Part shown: piece by piece, positions 50,046 to 63,316 of the stretch
Position numbering within the stretch: the first letter of the stretch is position 1
How the letters are laid out: every line of letters starts with the position of its first letter
NCBI GenBank assembly: GCA_964016885.1
Contig: OZ024741.1
Span: 281,356,001 to 281,420,000 of the forward strand
Length of the DNA: 64,000 nt
Origin: Eledone cirrhosa
Taxonomy: Eukaryota
Direction: 5' to 3'
Translations under genes and position numbers: made by a program
The notes under the pieces: model-generated
What the model was told of the DNA's origin: nothing
Databases searched by the model: none
What the model saw: the letters and a program-made list of their open reading frames with translations, nothing else

Positions 50046-51164
50046 CAATATATATATATCCAATTCTCTACTCACACAAAATCGTTCTTCTCACTATTTA
50101 ACATAATACTGAGCACTCTGTTTTCATTTGGGTTGGTTCTTAAAGATACTAGCTAAATTAAAACATTGAGTGAGTGGGAAAGCAATTGAAGATTTTTCGG
50201 TCATATCCGATGACTTTGTTTCAGTATTATATATATATATTTGTTTCTACTTTTTGGCACAAGGCCAGCAATTATCCCAGTGCATTACTGGTGCTTTATT
50301 TTATTGACCCTGTAAGGATGAAAGGCAAAGTTAATCTCGGCGGGATTTGAACTAAGACTGTAAAGTGCTGTGTGTATCTGGTTTAGAATAGGTACACTGT
50401 ATCCCTATGTAACAATGAAAAAAGTGACTAAAAGAGTTGTGTCTGAAAGGACATCCAGCTGTAAAACACTACTTCAAAACATGGAAGAGTCAACGTTTAA
50501 AATGACGATGGTGATGATGATGATGATGATGGTGGTGGTGATGGTGATGATGATGATAATATTTATCACAAGGAGGACTAATATATAAGATATATCTCAA
50601 TTATTTCAGAAAATAATCAAGATTTTGAAGAAATTTAGTAAAATGTAATTTTTTGTTTGTTTATCTGTACATTCCTACTGATAAAATAGCTTTTTAGTGG
50701 AGGGTGGGAGTATATCATCATTACACTTGGGGGGTATCATCATTACAGTGTGGGTGTGGAGGATATCCTTATTACAGTGGGGGTGGGGTGAGTGCAGCTT
50801 GGTAACAGGTTAAACATGTTATGATCTATCTTGTGTGGGATAGAATGTATAGGGCTAAAGAGAAATATTTTCAAACATTCTTCGGGGTAGATTTATGTAA
50901 AAAATAAATGCGAGCAAGACAACCACTCTTGCCTCAAGTGGGAAAACCCCCGTCCAAACCCATGCAAGCGTGGAACACGGACGCTAAACCTGATGATGAT
51001 GATGATGATGATATATAATCAACTGAACTGAATAAGTAAATTACTGGTATTTATACTGATAATATAAATTTGTTATAAAAGCAATGAAAATTGTATATAA
51101 AAGAAAATACAATTTAAGATACATGATATTATTTGAAAAATATGTTCTCATTATTATTGTCCTC

Positions 51165-51480
51165 AACCACAATCAACCACCACTACCAGCATTATCATCA
51201 TCCACCACCGACACCATCATCATCAACCACCAACACCAGCAGCAACATCAACATCGGCACCAACACCATCACTATCATTAACTACCAACACAAGCACCAC
51301 CATTAACATCACCACCTACAACCACCATCATCATCACCAACAACCACCACCATCAACACCACCACCATTAACACCAACGCCATCAGTAGCACCACTACCA
51401 GTACCACCAACATCAACACCACTACCCACAATCACAACCAAATCAGCACCAGTCACATCAACATCATCACCATCACCAAT
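51165..51480. repeat. (CAC/CAA/CAT)n low-complexity tract
   Basis: Directly visible. Confidence 0.9.
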
Positions 51481-52394
51481 GTCATTTGTTCAGTGATGGT
51501 TAGGTAGCTGGTGAAAAGGTGATGTGATTGATATAAAAAGGGGCTGTTTTTCCCCTCAAATAAAACCTTTCATAATCAAATAGAAAGAGATTGTGGTGTG
51601 CCCCAAAGTAAACTTTACAAAACATGAGTTATTGTTAGCTCTAATCAAATAGATTGATGGGAAAAAGGCATTCCAGCCATAAACATCCTGCTTAATATAT
51701 AGAGACGCACATTATATCATTTTCATGAAACCACATTAGCAAGACATTCCTGAAAAATACAAAACAGCACTATGTTTGCATCTCATTAAAAATGATTTAG
51801 TTTACAAATATTCACAAAGGTCTGTTGACTGGTAAAGATACTAGAAACATTTGAATTAACAAACACATTCTTATATGTTTTCTGTTAAATGATGTTAAGA
51901 ATTTACTACAGGTCAAGGGTCAGTTTGGGTTACTGGCTTTTGGAGTTCTGGTGCTGCAGTGGCCCTTCAGCATTTACATTACTCTATATTTACTATTATA
52001 TTTTCATGGCTTTAACTTACATAATTATCTCTTATAACATTGAATCTATGAGATTTTGATGATATTTATTTTGAGAACAATACCTTAATATCAGTATGAG
52101 TGGCCAGTTATGCCAGAAAGAGGTGAGAGAATTCTGGCCGGATATGGTCGGTTTAAATGCTAAAAGGTTAAATTTTCACACCTCCTTATGTTTTATGTGA
52201 AAATATGATAAAAATATGATGTACAAACTTTATACCCAACATTGCCAATATGTCTTATAAGATTTGTCTGCTATTTGTACCAAGTAAAAAGACCACGTAG
52301 AGGCTTCTCTGAGTAAAAATGACAAGTTGAATCTTGTAGTGTTTGCCAGCAGAAGCTAGTTTGGGTTCCAGCATAACCCAATTTTGGCTGAATT

Positions 52395-52810
52395 GCTGTA
52401 TCCTTTTCTCTTCTTTGCCTAGAGGGTTGTGGGGGAAGAGTCATAAAACACTCCTTCCAGCAGGTCCTGTTTGAAGCAATCGTTTTCAACTGATCCGGCT
52501 GGATCACCAAGCGAGACCAGCCAAACTCATGGATGTTATCCTACTATCTTGCTTGAAGTCTACTCCTGGATCTCCTGCTGGCTGGTTTTGCCCAGAAAAT
52601 CTGTCCAGTGATTCTTTCCTGAGACATTCTAACCATATGCCCATAGTATCAGAGCTGTGATCATTCAATTCGGAGAAGTAGCAGCTCTACTGGAGCGACT
52701 CTCTGATCTCCAAGCTACACTACTGCAAAGACCCTTCGGTGGAACCCCATTTTGGCCACTTGCATTCGCGATCATATTCTTTCAGTCATTACCCAAGATT
52801 CATGGCATGA
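52395..52810 (-). mobile_element. Decayed 3' fragment of a different RTE family (Expander/Rex3-like)
   Basis: The minus strand reads HESWVMTERI*SRMQVAKMGFHRRV ... LLRIE*SQL*YYGHMVRM ... LPPQP. Confidence 0.75.
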
Positions 52811-53177
52811 ATACCGAACTGAATTCTCTTTTGCTTATGTTATTTATTATCATATGCATGTGTGTGAAGAGGTGTAGGTTTGTGATTAAGGTACTTTGTT
52901 CACAACTGTAATGCTGTGAGATCAATTCCCAGTGGCATGCTGTGCCACTGAGTAAGACACTTTATTTCAAGTTGGTCCCGTCCACTCAGCTGGGAAAAAT
53001 AAGTTGTACCTGTAATTTGAAGGGCCAGCCTTGTCACATTTTCTGGCTTTTTACATTCTGAGTTCAAATCCTGCTGAGGTCAACTTTACCTTTCATCGGG
53101 GTTGATAAAATAATTTACCATAAATCAACATTCCCCTCTCCCCCAAATTGCTGGCCTTGTGTCTAAATTAGAAATCA

Positions 53178-53620
53178 TATGTATGTGTGTGCAAGTGTGT
53201 TGTCTGTGCGTGTGTGCAAGTATGTTGTGTGTGTGTGTGTGCCAGTGAATTTGTATGTGTTGTGTGCATGTGCATATATGTTGAGTATGTGCAAGTGTGT
53301 TTGTTTGTGTGCAAGTGTGTTGAGTGTATATGTATGTGTGTGTGTGTGCAAATGTGCTGTGTGTGTATGTGCAAGTGTGTTTGTGTGTATATGTATGTAT
53401 TTGTGTATGTGCAAGCGTGTTTGTGTGTGCAAGTGTGTTTGTGTGCATGTGTGTTGTGTGTGTTGTGTGTATGTGCAAGTGCCTTTGTGAATATGCAAGT
53501 GTATTTGTGTATCGGTAAATGTGTTGTGTATATGTGTATAATGAAAGTGTGTTGTGTGTGTGTGTGTTGTATGCATGTCCAAGTGTGTGTGTGCAAGTGT
53601 GTTGTGTCTATGTGCAAGCA
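53178..53620. repeat. Degenerate TG-rich minisatellite (gtgcaagtgtgtt motif)
   Basis: Directly visible; the source of several spurious ORFs. Confidence 0.9.
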
Positions 53621-53958
53621 TTTATTTTAAGTCTTTGACGTTGCAGTGTTTTGTAATAAAGTGATATACATTTCACATTCCTGCAACATCGTTATTATAA
53701 TTTAATAATTAAGCTTTGATGACAGCAATAATAATAAATAAAACTGATGTCACAGTTTAAAAAAAAAAATCTAAATACAAGGTATAGTTTTAACATTCCA
53801 TGATTTAAAAACAAGCTACATACAGAGTTATCAAACTTTTAACTGTTACAAATAATTTAGTTATCTTGAAATGATCAAATAGGGAACAGCAGGGGAGACA
53901 ACTGGATAAAAGACACAGACCTAGTTGACCCATACCAGATGTTAAAATGTTAATGTTG

Positions 53959-54015
<57 letters not shown>

Positions 54016-54412
54016 GGGAGCGTTAGTGAATACATCATAAATTTCTATGTAATCTACAAGTATATGCTGTTCTGGTATCAAAGAGCTGATTGTTTAACAC
54101 ATAAACTGAAAAAAAAGTCATATTTTAAATATTTGAGAATGATACAATTTCTATGTACTAATGCCACTTGAAATTAAGAATACCACAAATAGCTTTGATA
54201 TATGTGTATGTGTGTGTGTGTATAAATTTCTATAGTGTTAGTAAATAAAAGTAAACCTGTATTACTTACAAGCTGAAATACTATTCAATCATTTAGAGAA
54301 CTGAGTGAGTGAGGAAGATGGTAAATCAAAAATAAAAACCAAGGAGAATAGTGCTTGGTAACAAGTGTAGAAACCAGGAACATAGAAATATAAATAATTC
54401 CTAGAAACATAC

Positions 54413-55013
54413 TTTTAATTTCGGGACTTGTAGCAGAGTAAATTCCCTGAGTTTCACTGTTGGCATTTCTGTCAGCGGTAGAGACTGGAGCAATATCAAT
54501 ACAGCTAAGGAATCTCCTCGGGTGTCCAGGGTGACCTGGGTGATTTCCTGTTCTCCCCCTTTTATCACCATCATTCTTATCAGAGTCTAGAGGTGACAGA
54601 GACACTGTCAAGTTTTTCACATATTCAGAAAATTCACAAGCTGCTGAGTTAGATTCAGCTTCTTGGAGTTCAGAGAGATCTGTAGGGAGTTCAAATTCTT
54701 TGGGGCTAAATTTAATGGATGCAGGGTCTTGCTGTGCTAGAATATATTTGCTTGTGACAAAATTAGGCTTGCCAATAGAAAGAGATCCTTCTGAGCTAGA
54801 GCGTCCTTTGCTGCTAAATTCTGTTCGCCGGAATGTGGCATCTTCGCATGGTGAACTGTTTTCCGAATACACTTCCCTCTCAACAGGCAAGTCAAATGAA
54901 CGAGCCCTGTTCTTAAATTCTGAAGATTCCTCTTTCATTATGAATGATTTAGTTGGTTTATCAGGATAAACAGAGATTTCAGAAATTGTCCTCGTTCTTA
55001 TACTCTCTTCCAT
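54413..55013 (-). CDS. ATG-started 200-codon Ser/Glu-rich exon; candidate alternative first coding exon of the neuralized-like gene
   Basis: A long non-repetitive ORF in AT-rich DNA. The donor AAAA|gtatgt at 54413/54412 is phase 1 (601 nt), and composition turns intron-like after it. The upstream acceptor tgttcttcacag| at 55159 would add a 145-nt leader with an in-frame stop. Confidence 0.65.
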
Positions 55014-56689
55014 TATGGAACTGAGAGCAGATTCTTGAAATTACGTTTTAATTGTCCCTCTCTGTAGTCTATGAACCACAAGGTGTAGTAGGAGTAGCTT
55101 GTCACATGCCAACCCTTGAATACACATGTTTTCCTTTTGTTTTTGTCTTAAATTTTACCTGTGAAGAACAGGTGTCATTTACATGGAAAATCAAAATATA
55201 TATATTTATTTCGTATCTCTCTCCCTTTTTAAGAAGTGGAATAATTATCACTGCTGATTACACTGATATAGTTCCAGTAAAGAATAAACTAGTGTCTAGA
55301 GTTTTGCTTTTCAAGTATTCATCCAATTTTATATCAATATGTCCGAAATAGAGTAATTTTTGTCCTTGTAGTATGTAAACAAAAAATAAAAACCTTGAAA
55401 ATTGCTTATTTTAAAAATAAATAAATAAAATAAATTTCAAATTTTTTTAAAATATTAGTCAAAATTTCTGTTAAATAATTCCAAATGCATAAATTTTAAT
55501 AATGGAATCAATCAATAATCAACAGGCGCTTTGTTAAAATGTCTGGTGTATAAAGCAAGAAATAGACCAGAGGAGGTAGGTGGCTGTGACAGAAACTTAA
55601 ATAAGGAAAACAATTTTGTAAAAGATGTCCTTCATTGTGAGAGAGATTTTAGCAGAAACAGCAAATAAAGCAGCTTCTAGCAGAAAGAAAGAAGAGATAT
55701 AGTGTAGTAGTAAGCAGCTTTGCCTTTCTCACATCGAAGATCTCAAAAATTCAGCGTGGGTCTTCATTTAGAAGTAAAAATGAACAGAGCAACAGATAGA
55801 TTTTCTTGCCTGTTGAGAAGAGAAGACAGACAACCTGAACAAGTTTGGTTAGTATCAAGTTTATAGCAGTGCCTCACAGACTGGTTGGTAATAATAGCAG
55901 CAGCACTACTGCTTCCAGATTTCATCCACATTTTAACATGGGTGGATGGCTGGGTCGGTGGAGTGGTGGAGCAATATTGTATCTTATTTTTTTCTGTTTG
56001 TTATTATTATTTCATCTTTATTTTATTTCTTTTTCCTCTGTAAATATATCTATAGGAAAATTGTCAAAAAGTATAGAACAGAGAACGCAGTAGTTGCTAG
56101 GAGTGTTTGAAGATATGTATCCAAGAAAGGTAGAGTAGCCACAAAGTTGCTAGTCACCTATAACAAGGATACCACCAACAGGTATAAGATGATTTGAAAG
56201 TAGAAACAAAGCAACTGTACAGATCCATGTGTAATAAATGTACTTTTCCCACTTGGCAGTCCATTTTAGTTTCAGTGGTGTTGCATTTAGTTTTGCATTC
56301 AGGTAGGACTTGAAGGATTAAAAATATTTGGAGGTAGGTAGGTATACAAAAATAAGAATGAGGCCTCACAAGAATATGTTCTACTGCCAGAGACACTTTT
56401 AGGAAGTGTTTATTTATGTTAGGTCTTCTTTACTCAAGTTCTCTCTCTCTCCTCTCTCTTCCACTCTTGCTGTCTGTGTGTATGGGGTGAGGGAGGTTGC
56501 TGAGAGCCCTGCTAGTCACTGACTGGATGGATGGACAGTGGTAAATAGTTAACAAAAACAAAACAAAAAACCACTACTGTCTGTGGCAGTTACTTTTGTT
56601 GTTGTTGTGATATTTTAGCTGCTGGTGGGATTAATGATGTTAGTGGTGATGGTTCTAGCTGCTTTTGTAAGTATATAAGTTACACACAA

Positions 56690-57375
56690 CAGTTAAAGGA
56701 AGGTAAAATAAGGAGGAAGATAGGAAAGAGGGAGGGATGATATAGTAGAAGTTGTGTTAGACAGATATAGAGACTTATACATATGTGAGGCAGTATTATA
56801 GAGACAAACACATAGAGTGTGTGAGGAAGGCGTGAAATAGAGACAAACAGATAGAGAGAGCGAAGAAGGGGTGAAATAGAGACAAACACATAGGGAGTAT
56901 GAGAAGAAGGGGTGAAGTTAAGGGAATCAAATAAATTTAGTTAAAACAAAAAGAATCATAGAAAGAGAATGGTAGAAAGAATAAGTTTGAGAGAGGGGGG
57001 GGGGGAGTATGAAGAAAAGAAAAGAAAGAATGAGAAGAAAGGTGGCAGGAAATGAAGAAATAAAAAGAGAGAATATGGAATAGAAATGAGTAGAAAAGGG
57101 AAAGAGGGCAAGTGAGAGAGAGAGAGAGAGAGGAGGTTGAAAATGTGAAAGGGGATACAAAATAGGGAAAACAAAAAAGAGAAAGAGAGAGCAAAGAGGG
57201 AGAAGGCAGCGGGGTAATCAAAGAAAGACTAAAAAAGATAGAGAGAGGAGGGAGGGAGAGAAAGCAAGAGAAAAAATAGAAAGAGAGAGAAGGCAGAAGG
57301 TGATCAAAGGAAAAGGAAAGATACAGAGAGGGAGAGAGCAAGAGAGATGAAAAAGTAGAATGAGTATAGAGTGAG
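56690..57375. repeat. Purine-rich (GA) low-complexity tract
   Basis: Strongly A/G-biased on the + strand; it produces the spurious Phe/Leu/Ser ORFs on the minus strand. Confidence 0.85.
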
Positions 57376-58296
57376 TAGTTTAATTTTTGGCTCCTCTACC
57401 AGTAAAAAAAGCATTTTTGTTCAGTTCCCATAATGTTTCAGAAAGGACACATATCTAACCAATACTACTATATAAGCAGCAGCAATAACAACAACAGGAA
57501 TATCTCCTGGTGCAAGTTTGAAGTAGTGAAGGAAGCTAGTTGTTAATACCTATGATTAGAGAGAGAGAACTTCTAGTGAGAAGTAATCAGCCAGCCTTCA
57601 TCATTTTATACACATTAGCTTTTAACTGATGCCTTGCACATATAATATATATATATATATACACATACACCTCAACACATTCCAGTTTTAAACAGATTCC
57701 TTCCTTTGTGTGTGTATAATATATACACGCAGGGTGTATAAAAAAGAATCATCTGATTTTATTTACAATTTTTACAAATGCTCAATATGTAAATAACTTT
57801 ATAAACATTTATAAAAGTTATAAAAAAAAGAATAAAACTTTATATTCAGACATGTATTATACAAGTTACCACATGATTATATGGTCATTTGTTTAAAAAA
57901 TATAGCCTTTCTGTGGACAATGGCCAGCAACACCTGCTGCAACAGCCACTCTCAGCTCCTTCCTCAGACGGGCTACTAACTTTCTGATTTTGCTGTATGG
58001 AGTCTGAGGACGCCTGAGATCTCAACAGTAAACAGTACAAAGAGGAAGCAGCCGGACAAGCCCCAGTATTTGTCGTCCTACAATCATGTTATATATGCTT
58101 TTACAGCTCAGCAAATCTGTGCTACACACAATTCCATATGTGAAATATTCTTTAGATTTGTTTAAGTTTGTAGCCCACCAAAATCATATAATAATAAAAG
58201 TCAAGGCTGTATCAATGGTACCTCAGTTTATTTCTTTTTATCTATTTTGTGTATGTGTGATGTCTGACAAGTATCCTCCACCTCCAACTAACTTAC

Positions 58297-58366
58297 CTTC
58301 TCTGTCTCTTGGTCCCAGCTGACAGGATGGAGAATACATTGCCTCAGAGGACGGCAAAGGAGACAT
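58297..58366 (-). CDS. Candidate short alternative first coding exon (MSPLPSSEAMYSPSCQLGPRDRE-G)
   Basis: Perfect donor GAAG|gtaagt at 58297/58296. The ATG at 58366 gives 70 nt, i.e. phase 1. It lies in a unique, GC-richer island. Confidence 0.45.
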
Positions 58367-59094
58367 GCTGGAACAACCACTCCACCTCACGGGGCTCACA
58401 CCTGCAGGCAGCCAACTCTGCTCCAATAGTAATTAGCAGGGATGTGGTCTGGGGGCCAAGAATGTTGGAAGTCTCCACTCTTGTGGGCTCTACTACAAAT
58501 TTATCAGAGAGTGACCGATACTCGAACAATTTGCCCTGGTCTTGTAGTCAAATGTACCAGGTTGTCACTAGAGAAGGTGTCCAGCATGTAGCATCCCAGA
58601 TGAAGAACCTACCCCCTGCAAACCGGGAAGATTGTCATGCAGTTTGATATCAAATACACATCCAACATACTACTTGTCAAATACATTGAAATAGCAGTCC
58701 CCACCGTTGTTTTACACACACACACATGTATATAATGCTAAGAGCACCGTCTTTGATTAGCTGTCTATATACCAGCATGGAAACCTCTCCCTCTCTCCTC
58801 TTTTTTGATGAAAGTCTATTCAATATTAACATTTGCACAGCAGGATTGATTCATATCTTGTCCTGTTGCAAGTCGAAATACACTTACTCATCGTCCCCTG
58901 CTTGCATGTTCTCTCATCTTTCCAGCAGCTTGCTCTAAGCTGCCATACAACCTGGGCTCAGTATTATGCAATACTACCCTTATGCACAAAATTGCATTAT
59001 CCAGGGGGTGGCTGAAGAGGAAGTTAGATGATTTTGTTTATTCACCTCACATATTTTGATTTCTCTTGTGCAAATTTGTTATATATATATAATA

Positions 59095-59231
59095 TATTCC
59101 TGGTGAGTATCAAGAGGTAACTACAGTAAAAAAAGTACTCAATATATTGGTAGAGTACAAGAATCTTGATTTTATATAGAAACAACCTCTACAAAACCAG
59201 AACTGTTTCATTCGTATGAAATCATCAGGAA
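59095..59231 (-). mobile_element. Third copy of the Penelope-like unit with a hammerhead fold at 59187-59231
   Basis: Minus strand UUC-CUGAUGA-U(UUC auac GAA)U-GAAACAG uucugguu UUGUA-GAG. The downstream part aligns with 630-699. Confidence 0.6.
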
Positions 59232-59239
59232 TATCGCGC

Positions 59240-59271
<32 letters not shown>

Positions 59272-62200
59272 GTGCGTGCGTGCGTGTGTGCGTGTGTGCG
59301 TTTGTTTTTTAAATATATATATAAGCTAGACACACTCTGCTACAATGTTGCTGAAATGGCTAAAAGTTTTTATTCCATCCAATAAAGTGGTCATACTGGT
59401 GACACAATACAAGCCCTTAGTCCACCAAGTAAGGGGCTCATGATGCTGATGTGACTATCACCACAAACCTTCTATCTCTGCTGAGAGCTAGGTAGATAGA
59501 TATATAGATAGAGCTCTACACAGAGGTAGATAGAACTCTACTCAGAGGCAGGTATGAAGGTAAGTAGAACTGTGCTGAGAGATAGGCAGGTAGAAGCCAG
59601 CAAATGAGCCTGGGCATCAAATGTAGAGAAAGTAGTGTGAATATGGAAATCTCCTTTACTAAATCTTTTGAAACAAATATAAAGTAGGTGGCAACATGTG
59701 GAAGGGTGTACAAATAACCAGTTAGTCTGGATGCTGGAGGCATTTATTATTATTATTATTATTATTTTATTGCTGGAAATACATCTCTATGTATTTCTCC
59801 TCCAATCTTTCTCTCCCTCCTCTCTCTGATCTGCCTTCTCTAAATTACATTCTTCATTAGAAACTTATGAATTAAATTATCAACAATGTGTGTATGTGTG
59901 CATATAGCATTTATAAGATATTTTGCTGAGTATAAAAACTACTGCTGCCGCCACCCCCACCACCATGTTTATTATTACTACATTATTGTTATTGTGAAAC
60001 AGTTTGACCGAATGGCTAAGGAGTTTGCTTTGCAATCATTAGGTCTTGGGTTCAATCCAACAGTGTGGCATCTTAGGAAAGTGTCATTTACCATAGCCTC
60101 CAGTGGGATCATGCCTTCTGGGTGAAATTGGGTAGACAGAAACTGTTTGGAAGCCCATTAGATGAACTATATTTGTAATTCAAAGGACCTACATTATCAC
60201 ACACTTTGTCACACTGAATTTCCTTGAGAATTACATGTCTGCGGAATGCCCAGCCACTAATATGTTAATTTCATGTGTTGGCTGTTCTGTTTATCAAACA
60301 ACAGGAACACTCGTCATCAAATGTGATGGAGGTCCACTCCAACATGCAACACTACTGTCATCACCACCAGCAACGCTAGTTGTAATATTGCCACTATCAT
60401 CTACAACCTGAGAAAAACAGCATGTCTCTATGTGGTCACTTGATTTACGAAAGATAACTAAATACCACTGACATCTCACCCGAACATCTAAAAACAAACG
60501 GCAGGACATATTGGATTAGCCCTTTTGATATCAAACACCTGAAACTGCCCCTGGTTCTACAACACAAAATTGTATATTTTTTAGGGGTTTATATTTATTT
60601 AAAATCCTTCCATCGTAATTTTATGTAAAAACCCTTGCTAAGCTATATTCCAAATACCAGCTTAATGATTTCTAATTGAGCAGAAGGCCAGCAATTTGTG
60701 GGGAGAGGAAAGACGACGATATTGACCCCAGGTCTTTACTGGTATTTTATCAACCCTGGGAGAATGAAAGGCAAAGTTGATCTCAGCAGGATTTGAACTT
60801 ATAACACAAAGAATTGGAACAAATACTGTGAAGTATTTATCTGACGCTCTGACAACTTTACCAATCCACCGCTCTTACACCAGCTTAATAATGGAAAAGT
60901 TAGTTATATTACTAAATCGTTCTAAATTCTTGTTTATTTGAAAACCACAAGTAATGACTCATTAGAAATATGGGTTAAGTACTCTAAGATACAAGACAGG
61001 GATGGATGGCCATAGCTGGAACACCTTTGATTATAGGCTGCTGTTCAATCAAAGCTGAACTGGAGCTCTACTACTATTACTAATTAACTATACTGTCCAA
61101 AAATGTTAGAAAGATTGGAAAGAAGACAAATAAGGAAAAAATACATAGTGTAAACATGACACATTTAGTATTGTTTTTAAAAAATCAAAATAGTCAGCAT
61201 TACCACGTATAAATGCACTTTACTGATCACTAGCACAACATGCTGACCAAACACACACATACAAACACATATATACACATACAAACATACAAACATATAT
61301 ACACATACACACACACTCTCTCTCTCTCTTAGGTTGGATTATTATCTTGGCTGATAAGCTCCAGCTTTGCTGAGGTTCAATTCTGCAGATATAAACTCTG
61401 CTGGAAAAGGCAATGAGAGTCATAAAATAGGACTCAGTCTTCTTTCAAAGGAGATTTTGTTTCAAATATTCAAAGAAATATCTGTTTTGTCACTAGAATG
61501 TCAGATAGAATGCTTTGTCGTATTCATTCTTGCTCTCTGTGCTTGACTTCAAAATACACCAAGGTCAACTTTGCCTTTCGTGCATGGTAGATAAAAAAAA
61601 AAGCATCAATCCAGTAGTGGGGTTGATTCTTCCTCTATATCTATTTCTCATTTCCTCTCAATAACTCGCTTGCTTTCTTTGCAAGAAGGCTGTGTTCAGA
61701 CAGGGAGAGGGGATGGGTTTCACAACGTTTAAAATGCCCTAGATATGCCATATATCACGTTGGTGCTCCTATTTCAGAAATTACAGGTCCATACATATTT
61801 ACATACAGTACCTGTTCCAGCTTTGTTTGTTCTGAGTTCAATTCCCACCTCCTGCAACTGGGGAAAATGCTGACATGGTAGGAATGGGGCCTCCTATCAT
61901 TAAAACACCCAAGAAAACTTAGCCAAGTTTTATAGTTTCAATCACTGAAGAAATATTGATGAAAAGGTGCTCACAGACCCTAACTAAGTAATATGAAATA
62001 TTCAGTAATATCTAAATTTTAAAAAGGAAGAGTAACAATAATGTTGTTACAGGCATTTCACCGTTCTAGCTATAAGGGAAAATGTTATTCTTAACTCTAT
62101 TCATAATCTCATACCCAATTTTAACAGTGTTGCCAATTACTTTTTTTTTTCAAGGTTACACATGCTAAATTAGGATCAAAATCACCAACATTTTGTTAAA

Positions 62201-62401
62201 AGGCACTAAAAAAATGTGTTGAGATAAAAAATGTTTAAATGTGAGCATTCTCTAGGTAGCAAGTAATGTTACTAAAACATTTAAAATAGATTTTAAAAAT
62301 AGACATAAAATTGATCGACGAGTTTATTAATTCAAATGATTATAGTATCTTTACTATTGGACACATTGTTTAACCACATAGCTATGCCTGCTCTTATATA
62401 T

Positions 62402-62742
62402 GAGAATATATTCCTAATATAACCAGATGGAATACTGACCGTTCTCCAAATCAGATTATCATCATCATCATTTAATGTTTGCTTTCTCTGCTAGCAAGGA
62501 TTATATGGGTCTACATAGACCAAGTCGATACTGAAGCAGGGCTACAGACTTCCCAGACAGGCAAGAAGTGGGGTGTCTGCATCTCACATATGGTCTCATG
62601 TTTTATTGAATGCACAGGTGACATTGTCATGTCTGACACAACTGACGGGTTCTCCAAACTCTTTGACGACATTTTGAGAATATTTTCCTAATATAACCAG
62701 ATGGAATGGTGATTCTTCTCCAGATCAGATCAGATTATTATC
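62402..62742. repeat. ~60-bp direct repeats about 275 bp apart
   Basis: gagaatat(a/t)ttcctaatataaccagatggaat...ttctcca.atcagat at 62402 and 62676. Confidence 0.8.
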
Positions 62743-62764
62743 ATTAATATTATTATTTTATTTG

Positions 62765-62982
62765 AGTTGGAAGAATTCTGAGAGTGACAGACAAAATGTA
62801 CAACAACATTTGTTCTGGCCCTTTACGTTCTGAGTTCAAATCCCGTCAAGGTTAGCTTTGCCTTTCATCCTTACGGGGTCAATAAAATAAAGTACCAGTA
62901 ATGCACTGGGGTTGGTTTAATTGACTTTCCCTTTCCCAAAAAAATTGTTGGCCTTGTACCTAAATCAGAAACCATTATTATT
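62765..62982 (+). mobile_element. Nin/Deu-domain type tRNA-derived SINE
   Basis: gagttcaaatcccgtcaaggttagctttgcctttcatccttacggggtcaataaaataaagtaccagt...ggccttgtacctaaatcagaaacc(att)n. Confidence 0.88.
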
Positions 62983-63217
62983 ACAAACCCAGAAATCCCT
63001 AACCACCATCACCTCAATAATCATAAAAGATATTTGGTTTGTGTTCTTTTTTTTTACCATGAAAAATATGTTTTTTGCAAGAGAGAACTGGTAAAGGTGA
63101 GAAATGCCAGGATGAAGATGGAAGAAAGAAGAGAATAGCAGTGTGTGTGTAGGGGTGCCACCATGACATACTGTGTGTCTTGGATATTATAAACCCAGGT
63201 TTCAACTCAGTTGATTT

Positions 63218-63316
<99 letters not shown>

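Noticed and set aside
56927-57341. Hydrophobic F/L/S-rich membrane-like ORFs
   Set aside because: These are translations of a CT-rich low-complexity strand.
57931-58405. Proneural-type GCAGGTG E-boxes near the candidate alternative exon
   Set aside because: A 7-mer of this composition is expected about twice by chance in 64 kb on both strands, so it is not supportable without conservation data.
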